Assembly (NCBI RefSeq): GCF_009914755.1
Contig: NC_060932.1
From: the human T2T-CHM13v2.0 reference genome, Homo sapiens
Strand: one strand, 5' to 3'
Length of the DNA stretch: 64,000 bases
A program made the position numbers and the translations under genes. The notes under the pieces are model-generated. The model was not told the origin of the DNA. It ran no database searches and worked only from the letters and a program-made list of their open reading frames with translations. Positions 13,487 through 25,610 of the stretch are shown here, one piece after another (positions within the stretch are counted from its first letter, which is position 1; the number at the start of each line of letters is the position of its first letter).

Positions 13487-13938
13487 CACTTGAACCACTT
13501 TATGTCTTAAATTCAAACTTTTTTATATGTCTAGGAGAAAGCCATGGGGTCTATTACAGTAATATTTTTTTTTATTCAGGATAAGAAATAAAATGCTTCT
13601 TCAATTCACAAAGATTTATTTTAAACAGTCGTGTTTCAGTAACATAAAAGAAGGCCAAAGGCAAATCACAAAAATGATATTGCTCAAATCCTAAACCCTG
13701 GGGTACTGCCTTCTCAACTCCATATTGATTATCAACCAATAAAGTCAGTTTTCATTTAAATCAATTAGTGGAAGAGCAGACAGGAGTCCCACTGATTTTT
13801 TTTTTCTTTTGTTTTTTTATATATCCACAAGTTAAAGTGATACTGGATTGGAGAGAAATCATGAAATAGCAAAAGCCTACTGAAGTCAAATTTTATTTAC
13901 CTATATCTTCTAATTTTTTATGCATGCTAAAAGTTAAA

Positions 13939-13988
13939 GTGTGTGTGTGTGTGTGTGTGCGTGTGTGAGAGAGAGAGAGAGAGAGAGA
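13939..13988. repeat. Compound (TG)n(AG)n microsatellite
   Basis: Directly visible. Confidence 0.95.
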
Positions 13989-14039
13989 TTATGTGAATCA
14001 GGTTCTGTTATAATAAGTACCAAGGAATTACCTTGTTTT

Positions 14040-14255
14040 GATTATAAGAGCCTGTTTAAACAATTATCACCAGCTTCTTTATAGACCTCATCTTCAATAT
14101 TTACAATAGTTTTGAAAAGTAAATTTTAGTTGTTTCATTTTGGAAATGAGGAAAATGAGAATTAGAGAGGTTAAATTACTTCCTGAAGGTCATAAAGCAA
14201 ATAAGATATAAATTAAACTTTGCTTCTTAGCCTGTGTTCTTTCCATTATACGGCA
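14040..14255 (-). mobile_element. MIR
   Basis: aaatgaggaaaatgagaattagagaggttaaattacttcctgaaggtca. Confidence 0.75.
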
Positions 14256-14807
14256 CTTCCTCCTAACTCTGAGACCTGCTATCACATATTGCTTTGAAAA
14301 TAAAACAAAACAAACTTAGGATAGGGCTTGAGTCTCTTTGTCTTTTTCTTCCTCTTCCCTATTCTTTATTTTTTTTCCTTCTTCTCTTCCTCTTTCTACT
14401 TCTTTTCTTCTTCCTCATAGATAGGGTCTTTGAGATGGCCTGGAGATATAATAAAAATCATGTTTTCATAACAAAATATATACTGAGATCCCATATCTGC
14501 ATTCAACATAGTAATAAAATTCATGTTAGCGTCCAATTTTCTTGTGTTTTACCTATTGTGCTCTGCTGTATCTTGTTATTTTGTTCTAAAACTCTTATAA
14601 GTATTACATTTACTTAGTAAGATATTGAATCCTCTGATTTTGCCTCTATTTTTCATTCCCTGTCTCAGAAAATGGTATAAAATCTTTCCAATTGCTCAAG
14701 TTACAAATCTCCAAATCATCAGCAACTGTACTCTCTCATGTCACCCAATCTCCTTTTGCACCATATACAGCTGCTTGGCAAATTCTGTGTATTCTACCTG
14801 AAAATTA

Positions 14808-14962
14808 CAATTCTTAAATTTTAAGAGTGAAGGTAATAGATCTATTGAAAGTCTAATAAAAACTCATTCCCCAAAAAATACACACAAAAAAGTATATACA
14901 GTTTCAGGGAGTTCACAGACATCCCGGAACCCATCTTTAGGCCCCGGACCTGAAAACCCTTC
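14808..14962. mobile_element. hAT-type MITE (family uncertain)
   Basis: ccccaaaaaatacacac...cagtttcagggagttcacagac...cctgaaaaccct resembles Charlie-type MITEs. Confidence 0.5.
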
Positions 14963-15164
14963 CCTGCTAAGTATTTTCTCCTTCATCCATCTCAGTTTTC
15001 CATCCCCACTCCAAGCTTTAGTTTTCTTCAACTTGCACTTGAGTTATAGTTTAGTCTCCCAACCGATTCTCCAACTCCTGTCTCCAATCTATTCATTAAC
15101 CAGGAGCCAAGATAAACATTCTAAAATAGATATTTGAGCATGCCAAATCTTGTCAATGTGCCCT

Positions 15165-15333
15165 TCAGCTAGCTCAGGCTGGTTGGCAAGAGTTGCATAT
15201 CTTCCCAGCTCACAGTTCAGTGATGTCCAGTTGGCAGCTTGAAGTCAGTCACAGTGGGAGTATTTACAGTATAAAAGTTGTCAAATGTGACAAATCAAGT
15301 TTTTAGGCAAGACGTTAACCAGCACACCACTGC
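15165..15333. mobile_element. MER63-like DNA transposon MITE
   Basis: gtgggagtatttaca...caaatg..acaaatca...ccagcacaccactg. Confidence 0.75.
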
Positions 15334-16853
15334 CTGTATTTTCAAAGGTTAGTGTTGGTCACTATCTAAAGTCCAAACTCTTTAGCATGTTAGACCTCTA
15401 TCGTCTGGGCTTAAACTTGCTTTCTAGCTCCATATCTCACTATTCTCTGTGGCCTAGAAAACTTAAACTCCAACAACACCAAGCTACTCATAGTCACTGA
15501 ATACACAAAATGGTTTTCCACAATGTGCCAGTTATGATGCAAAGCAACTTTTTCATCAACAGCCAAATCTACTTTGTTCAAAGTCAATCTTAAATGTTGC
15601 CCTTTTTGTCAAGTCTTCTCTAAGACTCACATTCAAAATCAATCCCTACTCTGTGCTCCAATCCCAGTCCTTTACTCCTCTCATGACATTTAACAATTGT
15701 TTAATAAACATTTATTGAGTGCCCTCTAGGCACTGGCAATATATTTCTGTCTGTTATAAATTCATTGCAAATTCCTTTGGGGCAAAGATTGCATTTTGTT
15801 TATTCTCCAGATTGACCCTTCATACTAAGTATAGAACTTTTCCATTGTATATGTGATGTGCAATAAATGTTTGCTGAATTTAATCAAAATCCTCTATTGT
15901 TCCAATGCAATTTAATACCTCTTTTGACTTTTAACAGAGTCCTAGGTAGTGAGGCTAGAATGAATTCCATATATGAGTAGCATCTAACGTTCAGCAAAGT
16001 TGAAAATGGGTATCAACTATTAACAAAGCAGAAGACAATATCTATACCAGATACTTTCATCTTTAATGCACCCAAAGGAGTACTTCTGCATAATTAATTT
16101 CTTGTTCTGAAGGTTAATTTGCAACCTGCGTTCATAATGTTATTTGACTGTATGCTGTGAACCCCTATGGAGAACAGTTACTGGTAAAACTACTTTTAGA
16201 AGCAGGCTTGAGGACCTATGATTTTGCCTAGCTTTGGTGGGTATTAGCTGAGCTAGATGTCACATCTTTCCTATGACTCATTCCTCACAGCAGTCAGGAA
16301 GAATGAATATTTCTATTCCTAAATTCCCAAAGAGGAAAGTAAGGAAAAGAAGACTGTGTGGTTTGTTCACATTTAGCATGAAATGTGAATAGCATATGCA
16401 CTGACACAAAGCAACCAGACAGCATTTTAATTGCTCATCTAACCTCCAGAAAGAGTCACCATCTGCTGAAATTCTGAAGATTAAAACATATAAAACCTGA
16501 CAGAAAACTGAAAGCACATAATAAACCACACAGCCTAGTCACAAATCTTGGAAAACATCCACAGTAAAATGTAATTTACCTACAACTAAGAAAAGTATAA
16601 CACCACCAGTTAAAAGAGTGCTGGGAGGCATTTATATGGGGATAGAACAAGAACTGAAAGAGCGTTTTAACCTTTGAAGGATAATGCACAATGAAAGCCT
16701 TCTTCTCTGTGGCTGAGGCAATGATCCTCCCACCTCCTAACCCCAAAATCCAACCTTGTTCCTGCAAAACCTCTATTTTTATTACTGAGATTAATTTCAA
16801 TCAAATTATCAAAGGCTAGATGACATTGGACCATCTTCATAGAGCCAAGCTAG

Positions 16854-17198
<345 letters not shown>

Positions 17199-17469
17199 CA
17201 GTTGTTACTTTAAGGTATATATTTAGAATCTCATTTTACAAGTAAAAAGTGTCAATACTAAAGCTGAACTCCATCCCCATGTACTTCTAGTTGCATGACA
17301 TAGTTCTCAAAGTGTTTAAAGTCTACTAATGAAATATACATGAATGTATCAGTGGTTCCTCAAATCTTTTTTCTGCTCCATGAAATCATGATTGATTAGA
17401 CAGTAATTAGATATAGTTGAAATTTCAGCTGAACCCTGCCTCAACTATAATCATCACTCAATAAATATT

Positions 17470-17737
17470 TATTAATGATAATAATAATAGCAGTTAGTAC
17501 TCCTTGCAGCAGTCTAAGAGTTTTACATTATTAATCCTTTTAATCTTCAGCACATTCCTTTGAGGTCAGTGCCATCATCAGCCCCACTTTACATTTGAGG
17601 AAACTAGGCATCAAAAGTTGTTTTGTCTATTTTTGTGTTTGTGTTTTAGATGTGCTCAATATCACAGCCAGTAAGTATTAAAGCTGGGATTCCAACCTAT
17701 GTGGCCTGGAGCCAGTGTCCACATACTTAACCACTAT
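17470..17737 (-). mobile_element. MIR
   Basis: ccccactttacatttgaggaaact...gctgggattccaacct...cttaaccacta. Confidence 0.7.
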
Positions 17738-17780
17738 TTTAAACCTAAGGGAAAAAAGTTCTGATGAATTTTTAATAATA

Positions 17781-18077
17781 GAGGAGGTATGAAGATAGGG
17801 AAGCAGAGGTCAGAGGGATGTGACTGCTGGCTTTGAAAATGAAAGACAGCCACAGGCCAAGAAATAGGGGCAGCCTCTGGAATCTTGAAAAAAATAAGGA
17901 ATAGGTTGTTCCCTAGGTTCTCCAGAAGGAATGCAGCCCTGCCACAGCTTGATTCTAGACCCATAAGACCCATGACAATGACTTCTGACCTCCAGAACTG
18001 TAACATAATAAATTTGTGTTGTGTGATGCCATTAAGTTTATGGTAATTTGTTACAGCAGTAACAGGAAACTAATAGA
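17781..18077 (+). mobile_element. MLT1D-like LTR (3' part)
   Basis: tgctggctttgaaaatg...ctccagaaggaatgcagccctgcc...gacttctgacctccagaactgtaa...taatttgttacagcagtaacaggaaactaata. Confidence 0.88.
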
Positions 18078-18107
18078 GACAGTCTTTTGGCTTCAGGTCT
18101 CATTTTA

Positions 18108-18350
18108 TTTTTTATTTTATTTATTTATTTTATTTATTGAGACAGGGTATTGCTCTGTTGCCCAGGCTGGAGTGCAATGATGTGATCTCGGTTCACTGTG
18201 GCCTCAATCTCACAGACTTGGGCTTAAGTGATCCTCCCACCTCAGCCTCCTGAGTAGCTGGGACTACAGGCATGCACCACTGCACTTGGATAATTTTTTA
18301 ATTTTTTGTAGAGATGGGTTTTTTTCATGTTGCCCAGGCTGGTCTCCAGC
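18108..18350 (-). mobile_element. AluJ, 5'-truncated
   Basis: Antisense Alu lacking its 5' end; TSD tctcatttta at 18098-18107 and 18351-18360. Confidence 0.92.
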
Positions 18351-19300
18351 TCTCATTTTAAGTATCAACTCTGCAGATTTTCCCTCGTCCCTTGTATAAA
18401 AGTTTCTCCTCTTACTCTGTTGTATCACCAGAGATTTGTTGTTTTTTTCTCTTCAAAAACCGTAGTGCCATTTTAATTGTATAAACTACCCTAATGTTTC
18501 TCTTGCATTGAACTGCAAACTTCAGTAAGGAAACATGTCTGTTTGCACTTTGCCGAGCACAGTAAATGATATAAGGAGCACTCAATAAATATTCATTAAA
18601 TGAGGGAAAGATTATATGAACAAGTTGAGTCTTGAAATACAGCAACTTTTAGATGAAGTTCTAGAACAGAAAAACACCAGGAAACAGAAAGTTGTCCAAT
18701 GGGGAGAGAGATGAAAAAAAGGGGGATGCAAAGGCAAAGGCTGAAACTGTCGGAGAGGAGTCCCACTAAATATTCCTGACTTTGTTCTGCAAGCAAAATG
18801 ATGCCATTCCAAGAGGTTCTTTTAAATGGGAGATTAAAGTTATTAAATTTGTTTTATTTTAAAAAAATCTTTCAATATCATGGAATATAGTTGGAAGGGA
18901 GCAAGACTAGAGGCATAAAAATCATTCTAAGATTTTTATATTAGTCCAGCTTGGAAATTCTGAGAGTATAAACCAAAGGTGATGAAAAGAAGGCAATTAA
19001 TTTACACAAGAGAAAAAGAGTAACTTTTTTTTCTTTTAAACGGCATGCTGTTGGCAAAAATTAAAAAACACACGTTAATTTAAGTAAATAATTGTATTAG
19101 TCTTTCAATTATTTTTTGGCTCAATAATTTGGATTTCCAGAGAACTTACGGTCATCAGAGTTCTAATGTTATTTTTTGATGTTATTTGGCGCAATCATTT
19201 AGATTGCTAGGGAACTTTTATGGTCATCACAGTTCTAAGGATATTTTTAACATAAAACAACATTTCACAAACTTTAATCACTCAAAAACCAAGATTATAA

Positions 19301-19370
19301 ATTTTGTTCCTCCAATGGAAATTTTGTTCCTCCAATGGAAATTTTGTTCCTCCAATGGAAATTTTGTTCC
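19301..19370. repeat. Minisatellite, 20-bp unit x3.5
   Basis: attttgttcctccaatggaa three times perfect, then attttgttcc. Confidence 0.97.
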
Positions 19371-19397
19371 ATTACCAGCAAAAATGAGAAAACCTAG

Positions 19398-19403
<6 letters not shown>

Positions 19404-19451
<48 letters not shown>
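19404..19451. repeat. (TA)~24 microsatellite
   Basis: Uninterrupted TA run. Confidence 0.97.
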
Positions 19452-19458
<7 letters not shown>

Positions 19459-20962
19459 GTCATTCGAATGCTAACCATAGATGTATCATCTGTACTATTG
19501 CATATATAATATTTTTGTTATATTGTTCAAATTTTTTTATGGTTCATTTTATTTAAAGCAAAGTTAAAGCAGACATCCTAGGCAACACCAATGAAAACAT
19601 AAGTGTGGTTGTATTTGCACATATCAAAATATATATTTAGCTATTAAAATACATGGTATTTATTTTCCATCTAAAATCATTTCACCATGTCACCTCTAGT
19701 GGTAAGTGACATATGAACAGCTAATCTGTATGAATATGCCTCTTTTAAAATGGAACAAATTGGTTTTACAAAAGAAGGTAAATAAGAGAAAAACTATGAA
19801 AATTTTGGCTTCAATCCTACCCCACCAATGGTTGCTGTACAAACAGAAGTGAGTCAACTGAGTCTAACACACTCATGTGAGAAATAATAGTAGCAGTCAG
19901 TGAATCTAACACGTTGCTTTTATAACTGCTAATATTCTATGACTATGCCAGCTTCCAACTTTGCTTTATATTCCTCTAATGGAAATTGTTTTCCATTACC
20001 AGCAAAAATGAGAAAAAACAGAAATTTTAGAAATTTTTTAGTCATTAAACTGCTAGCTGGTCCTAAAGAGAATATTTTCTCTAGATAAAAATCGAAGTCT
20101 TCTACTATTTTCTGTGTAAGTTCTAGTTTCCAAACAAATTTCCAGGGTTTTTACTGTTGCTGTGTTGTTTTGCTGTGTTTTGTGGTCCTAGATGTATGGC
20201 TACAACAGGAGAAGCAACAACATATACAATTCACTATGGGATTTTAGGTTGTAAAGGGTAGGATATGATATTGCAAAATGAATGAGAATCCTCTTAAATC
20301 TGAGTAAACTAAAATTTATAAATCATATTTTTCAACATATTCCATCAAGTTAACACAATGTAAATATAATTTCAAATATTGTAATGATTAGTTTAAGATG
20401 TGAAATTGCAAATTTTATGTAAAACAAGTGGAAAGTTTGCTTTCATAATTCCTCCCTTCGGTGTAATTTTATCCCACTGGCATTTACTGAATATTCACAC
20501 AATGAATTAACCGAATCAAATATGCCTTTATCAAACCATTGTATTATAATCAACTAATACGTAATTCAGCAAAATCTCATTTTCTGATTCTATTATTTTG
20601 GGATATGTAGTAGTTCAAACAGGTTGAGCTTTAATTTACCTTCCTAGATAATATCTTTTAGTTGCAAAGTTCCAATAGTGTAAACAAGGGAACTATTTAA
20701 CCTGCTTAAAAGTTAAATTCTGCCAACTACTTAGAGAATTTATGAAAGAAAAATACTGCTTTAATTGCAGTATTTGCATATAAGCAAAGGGTTAGCTATT
20801 TAAAATATTTTTCGGCATCTATGCCCAGCTAATACCTTATGATTTGGTTCTATGCATAGAAGTTTAAATGTATAAGAATTATAAATACTTACATACCTAT
20901 AATTTAGAATATTTATGAACATAAATATACTTGGAAATATTTATACGTATATATATGCATAT

Positions 20963-20964
<2 letters not shown>

Positions 20965-20995
<31 letters not shown>
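20965..20995. repeat. (TG)n microsatellite
   Basis: Directly visible. Confidence 0.95.
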
Positions 20996-20998
<3 letters not shown>

Positions 20999-21003
20999 AC
21001 ATA

Positions 21004-21372
21004 TAGTCAGCCCTCTGTAGCATAGGTTATGTATTCATAGCTTCAAACAATCACAGTAAAAAATATTTGATAAAAAATGGGTGCTTGCATCTGTGCAAAA
21101 CATGTAAAAACTTTTTTTCTTGTTATTAATCCCTAAACGGTACAGTAAAACAACTGCTTAACATAGCACTGACATTGTATTAGGTATTATAAGTACTCTA
21201 GAGATGATTTAAACTATACAAGGGGATGTTCACAGGTTGTATGCAAATAATACACCATTTCATATAAGGGACTTGAGCATCTGTGGATTTTCGTATCTGC
21301 CCAGTGGAAAGGGGCGTTAGGGTGGGGTAGGCTTGAAACCAATCCCCCATGGATATGGAAGGATGACAGTGT
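21004..21372 (-). mobile_element. MER2 (Tigger family) DNA transposon
   Basis: Ends agtcagccctctgta and gatatggaaggatgac; internal gtattaggtattataagta.tctagagatgatttaaa and ataagggacttgagcatctgtggatttt. Confidence 0.9.
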
Positions 21373-22545
21373 ATGTACATGTACAACTTATACAGTACTC
21401 TCCTAGGACTCTACTTAATACAACTTTTTTTTTGTTTCTTACAGCTTAGATATTCACTATGAGAATTAATTCCATGTGATAATCCAAAGGCAGGTAAAAT
21501 ATATAAAAATATGTGAATATTATTTTACTGTATTATATCATAAATACATAGTTTTTAACTAGAAAGAGATATCCATGGGAATATAATTCTAAATGAAATA
21601 TAGGAAAACCACAATATGAAATATTTATGAGATCAAAATGAAAGTAAAATGCTGATTCATACTTTCATATATATATTTTAATACCTTTATAAGTAAGAAG
21701 AAAATCTCATTAACTTTCATGAATTTATTTTTATATATCTTAGAAGCATGTTAAAAATTTGAAAACGGTTGGGAAATTTTGAAATATATATAATACTTTA
21801 ATATGTATTATTATGCGTGTGTTATATGGCATTATAAACATATATCACAAATGTAAAATTTCTCTTACTTCACATATGAGAATATACATTTCTCAGTTTA
21901 TCATCCCTGTGGTCAAAACCCAGCCATGTCTAAACTATGAAAATCCAAATAGAACTGACTTTTCTTGCTATTTGTGACAGAATATTCTATCTAATCAACA
22001 CTTTAAAGTTTCCACATCTATGTTAAGAATAAAAGTTTGTTCTTCACATAGGCAGATTTCAGAATTATGATTTAACTAACTCTCACCATTGTTGTTTCTC
22101 TCACTGCTTTTGAACTTTTTACAACTGAAATTTTTTATGACGCTCTAAAAATAGGCATTTATAGTATGTTGGATTCAGTAACTTGGGTTCCAGAATTTCA
22201 GCGAAGTAAACTAGAAATAAGAAATGGCTCTTAAATTCTGAAGTTAATTAAAATCTGCCTATGTTTTTAGTAAATGAACTTATTCTACATATTAAAAGGC
22301 TTAAAGAAAATAACGATGAAAATAACTTGAAATCTGAGTACAGATGAAGAATTTTTTTAAAGAAGATAAAACAAAGTTGACTAATTCAGCCATCTGAATA
22401 AACATCTGAAAGATCCATGATTAAGCAGCTTTTAATCCTCCTATTATTTAAAAATCTGATTAAGAGAGTAATTTGTAGTCACTGGAGAAAATTTGGAAAC
22501 CACAAAAAATTATAATGGGAAATCATAATCACTTTCTGAATTGAC

Positions 22546-22576
22546 GTATACATACATACATACATACATACATACA
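22546..22576. repeat. (TACA)n microsatellite
   Basis: Directly visible. Confidence 0.9.
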
Positions 22577-22857
22577 AATACTTTTTTTTATATAGCTAGG
22601 ATCACAATATACACTGTACAAACATTGCCTTAAACATTTTATCACTATTATTTTTCTTGCCATGATATTTTCTTTGCTGACATAATTTTAATCTTTGTAG
22701 AATACAAATAGTATATCAAAAGGGTATTCTAAAATTTGTTTTTATCATTTTCTAAAGTTAGATTGTTTCCAATTTTACTAATTTTAATAACACTGTTGCC
22801 TAACATACTTGTAAAACTTTTTAACTGGAACATGGATTATATTTGAAATCTTTTTTC

Positions 22858-23150
<293 letters not shown>

Positions 23151-23159
23151 TATTTTTCT

Positions 23160-23700
23160 TCTTTCCAACGTCACTACCTCTATCCTTATCCAACTTACCT
23201 TTGAGTGGCCAAGCCTTTCAGTTCTGTAAACCAAGCAATCCACATTCACTGTTACCCACTACAATACAAATGCCACCTAACCAAATAGCCAGTGTCACCT
23301 TCTTAAAACACTAATAATATGGTGTTTCCTGCCGTAATTAAGCCCTTTACAGACTGCTCATCATTCTTGGGATAAAACCAAGCTTTTTTACGTGTTAAAA
23401 ACATGCCCATTTGCCCACCCCTCCAATCTCATCTGAAGCTGGGCTGCTCTTCCTTTACAAAGTTCCTATCATTCTAGAATTCTCATAATTCCTCCTTGGT
23501 GCCAATATGAATTCTCTCCCAACATGCAACCTGTTCATGTGCCATTCTATCTGGAACACTATTCTCCTCCCTCTTTACCTAGCCAATAGTTATATATTCT
23601 TTGTGTCTTATTTTAAATGTCACTTCCTCTGGGAAAGCATATTTTATATGCCATTCTAGCTCCCTGAAGTTCTTCATAACACTTATCACAATGTATGAAA
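23160..23700 (+). mobile_element. L2 fragment
   Basis: gggataaaaccaagc, ctatctggaacact, taaatgtcacttcctctgggaaagc. Confidence 0.6.
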
Positions 23701-23720
23701 TTATTTTTCTTTTAGAATGT

Positions 23721-24217
23721 ATTTTTAATTTTATTTTTTATTAAAATATTATAGTTCTACACATTTATGTACATATATTTTGATACATGCATACAGTGTG
23801 TAATGATCAAATCAATATAATTGGGTATTGATCGCTTCAAATATTTATCATTTTTTTGTGTTGGGGACAGTCCAAATCTTGTCTTCGAGTTCTTTTGAAA
23901 TATACAATAAATTAGTTAACTGTTGTCACCCTACTGTGCTATCAAACACTAGAATTTAGTCCTTCTAACTGTATTTTTATATCCATTAACCAACCTTTCT
24001 TCAACTCTACCCACCCTCTCCTTTCCCTGCTTTTGGTAATCACCGTTCTATTTACCACCTTTGTGAAATCAGTTGTTTCAGCTCCCACATATGAGTGAGA
24101 ACATGGAACATTTGTCTTTCCGTGCCTGGCTTATTTCACTTAACCTCCTTCAGGTTTGTACATGTTGCTGCAAATAACAAGATTTTATTATTTTTTATGG
24201 CTGAATAATATTCCATC
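23721..24217 (-). mobile_element. L1MA (MA6-8-like) 3' end
   Basis: tttgatacatgcatacagtgtgtaatgatcaaatca...gtcaccctactgtgctatcaaacactagaa...gctcccacatatgagtgagaacatg. Confidence 0.9.
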
Positions 24218-24363
24218 ATTTGTCCTTTTTCTACACACCTTCCTGTATTTCACTGTTGTCATTCAATAATACTACAGGATAGTCTCTAAGACAAGTATTC
24301 ATTTTTTTATGGCCACATGATATTCCATGCTACAGATGAATGCTAATATACTCAATCATTTCT

Positions 24364-24623
24364 CCTGTAATCTCAGCACTCTGGGAGGCCAAGCTGGGCA
24401 GATCACATGAGGCCAGGAGTTCAAGACCAGCCTGGCCAATGTGGTGAAATCCCATCTCTAGTAAAAATACAAAAATTAGCATGGTGGTGCCTGCCGTAAT
24501 CCCAGTTGATTGGGAAGCTAAGGTGGGAGAAATTTTGAACCTAGGAAACAGAGGTTGCAGTGAGCCATGCTTGCACCACTGCACTCCAGCCTGGGCAACA
24601 GAATGAATCCATCTCAAAAAAAA
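24364..24623 (+). mobile_element. Alu (J/S boundary type)
   Basis: cctgtaatctcagcactctgggaggcc...gcactccagcctgggcaacaga...ctcaaaaa. Confidence 0.92.
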
Positions 24624-25333
24624 ATTAAATTATTTATCTATTATTGAATATTAACTTTGTTCCCAGTTTTTAGCTACTCTGCACAATGATGAAATAAAAA
24701 TCCTTACAGATATATACTTTATGTGCTGATGCTTTATCTCTAGTAGCTAGTATCCAAGGATTATATACCACTTTTAAGAACACATGTATTTTATATTGTT
24801 ATATATGTGGTCAGATCAAGTTCTTTTAAAAGGCTGTAAAGTCTTATATTTCTACAAGTGATATATAAAATTCTATTTTCTTCATGTACTGGCCAGAAAT
24901 TATAAATATATTTACAGCGTAATGAGCATGAAACTATATATCATGGTTATTTAAATTTGCATTCCCCTTACTGTTAATGAAGCTGGAAATCTTCCTATGA
25001 ATTTGTTGCCTATTTGGATTTATCCTTTCCTGCGTATTGCCTATCTACTAGATTGCCTATTTTCCTTTGCCTTGTTTTTCTTTGTCACTTTGTAAAATAT
25101 TTTTGGTATATTATAGATATTAACTGTGTGCTATATATATTACATTGTTTTTTATTCCAGATCAAACATTTATGTATCAACATTGTAATATTTTGTATAA
25201 AAATTTCACATTTCAAATAGTCAAAGATGTTTATTCCTTCTTATATGTCTCTGCTTTCTCTGTGTTGGTTAAGCAAGCATCTTTTTGATTTCACATGCAT
25301 TTTTAATGTTTTTCACAAGATGTTTAATGTTTT

Positions 25334-25610
25334 TTTTATTATTATAAGTTTTAGGGTACATGTGCACAATGTGCAGGTTAGTTACATATGTATACATGTG
25401 CCATGCTGGTGTGCTGCACGCACTAACTCGTCATCTAGCATTAGGTATATCTCCCAATGTTATCCCTCCCCCCTCCCCCACCCCACAACAGTCCCCAGAG
25501 TGTGATGTTCCCCTTCCTGTGTCCATATGTTCTCATTGTTCAATTCCCACCTATGAGTGAGAATATGCAGTGTTTGGTTTTTTGTTCTTGTGATAGTTTA
25601 CTGAGAATGA
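25334..25610 (-). mobile_element. Young L1PA (PA2/PA3-like) 3' end, 5'-truncated
   Basis: Near-consensus 3'UTR; GAG rather than ACA at the Ta-diagnostic site (cactaactcgtcatc); TSD taatgtttt at 25325 and 25611. Confidence 0.95.

Noticed and set aside
19186-19509. ORFs with (YI)n repeats
   Set aside because: Artefact of the (TA)n tract and the 20-bp minisatellite
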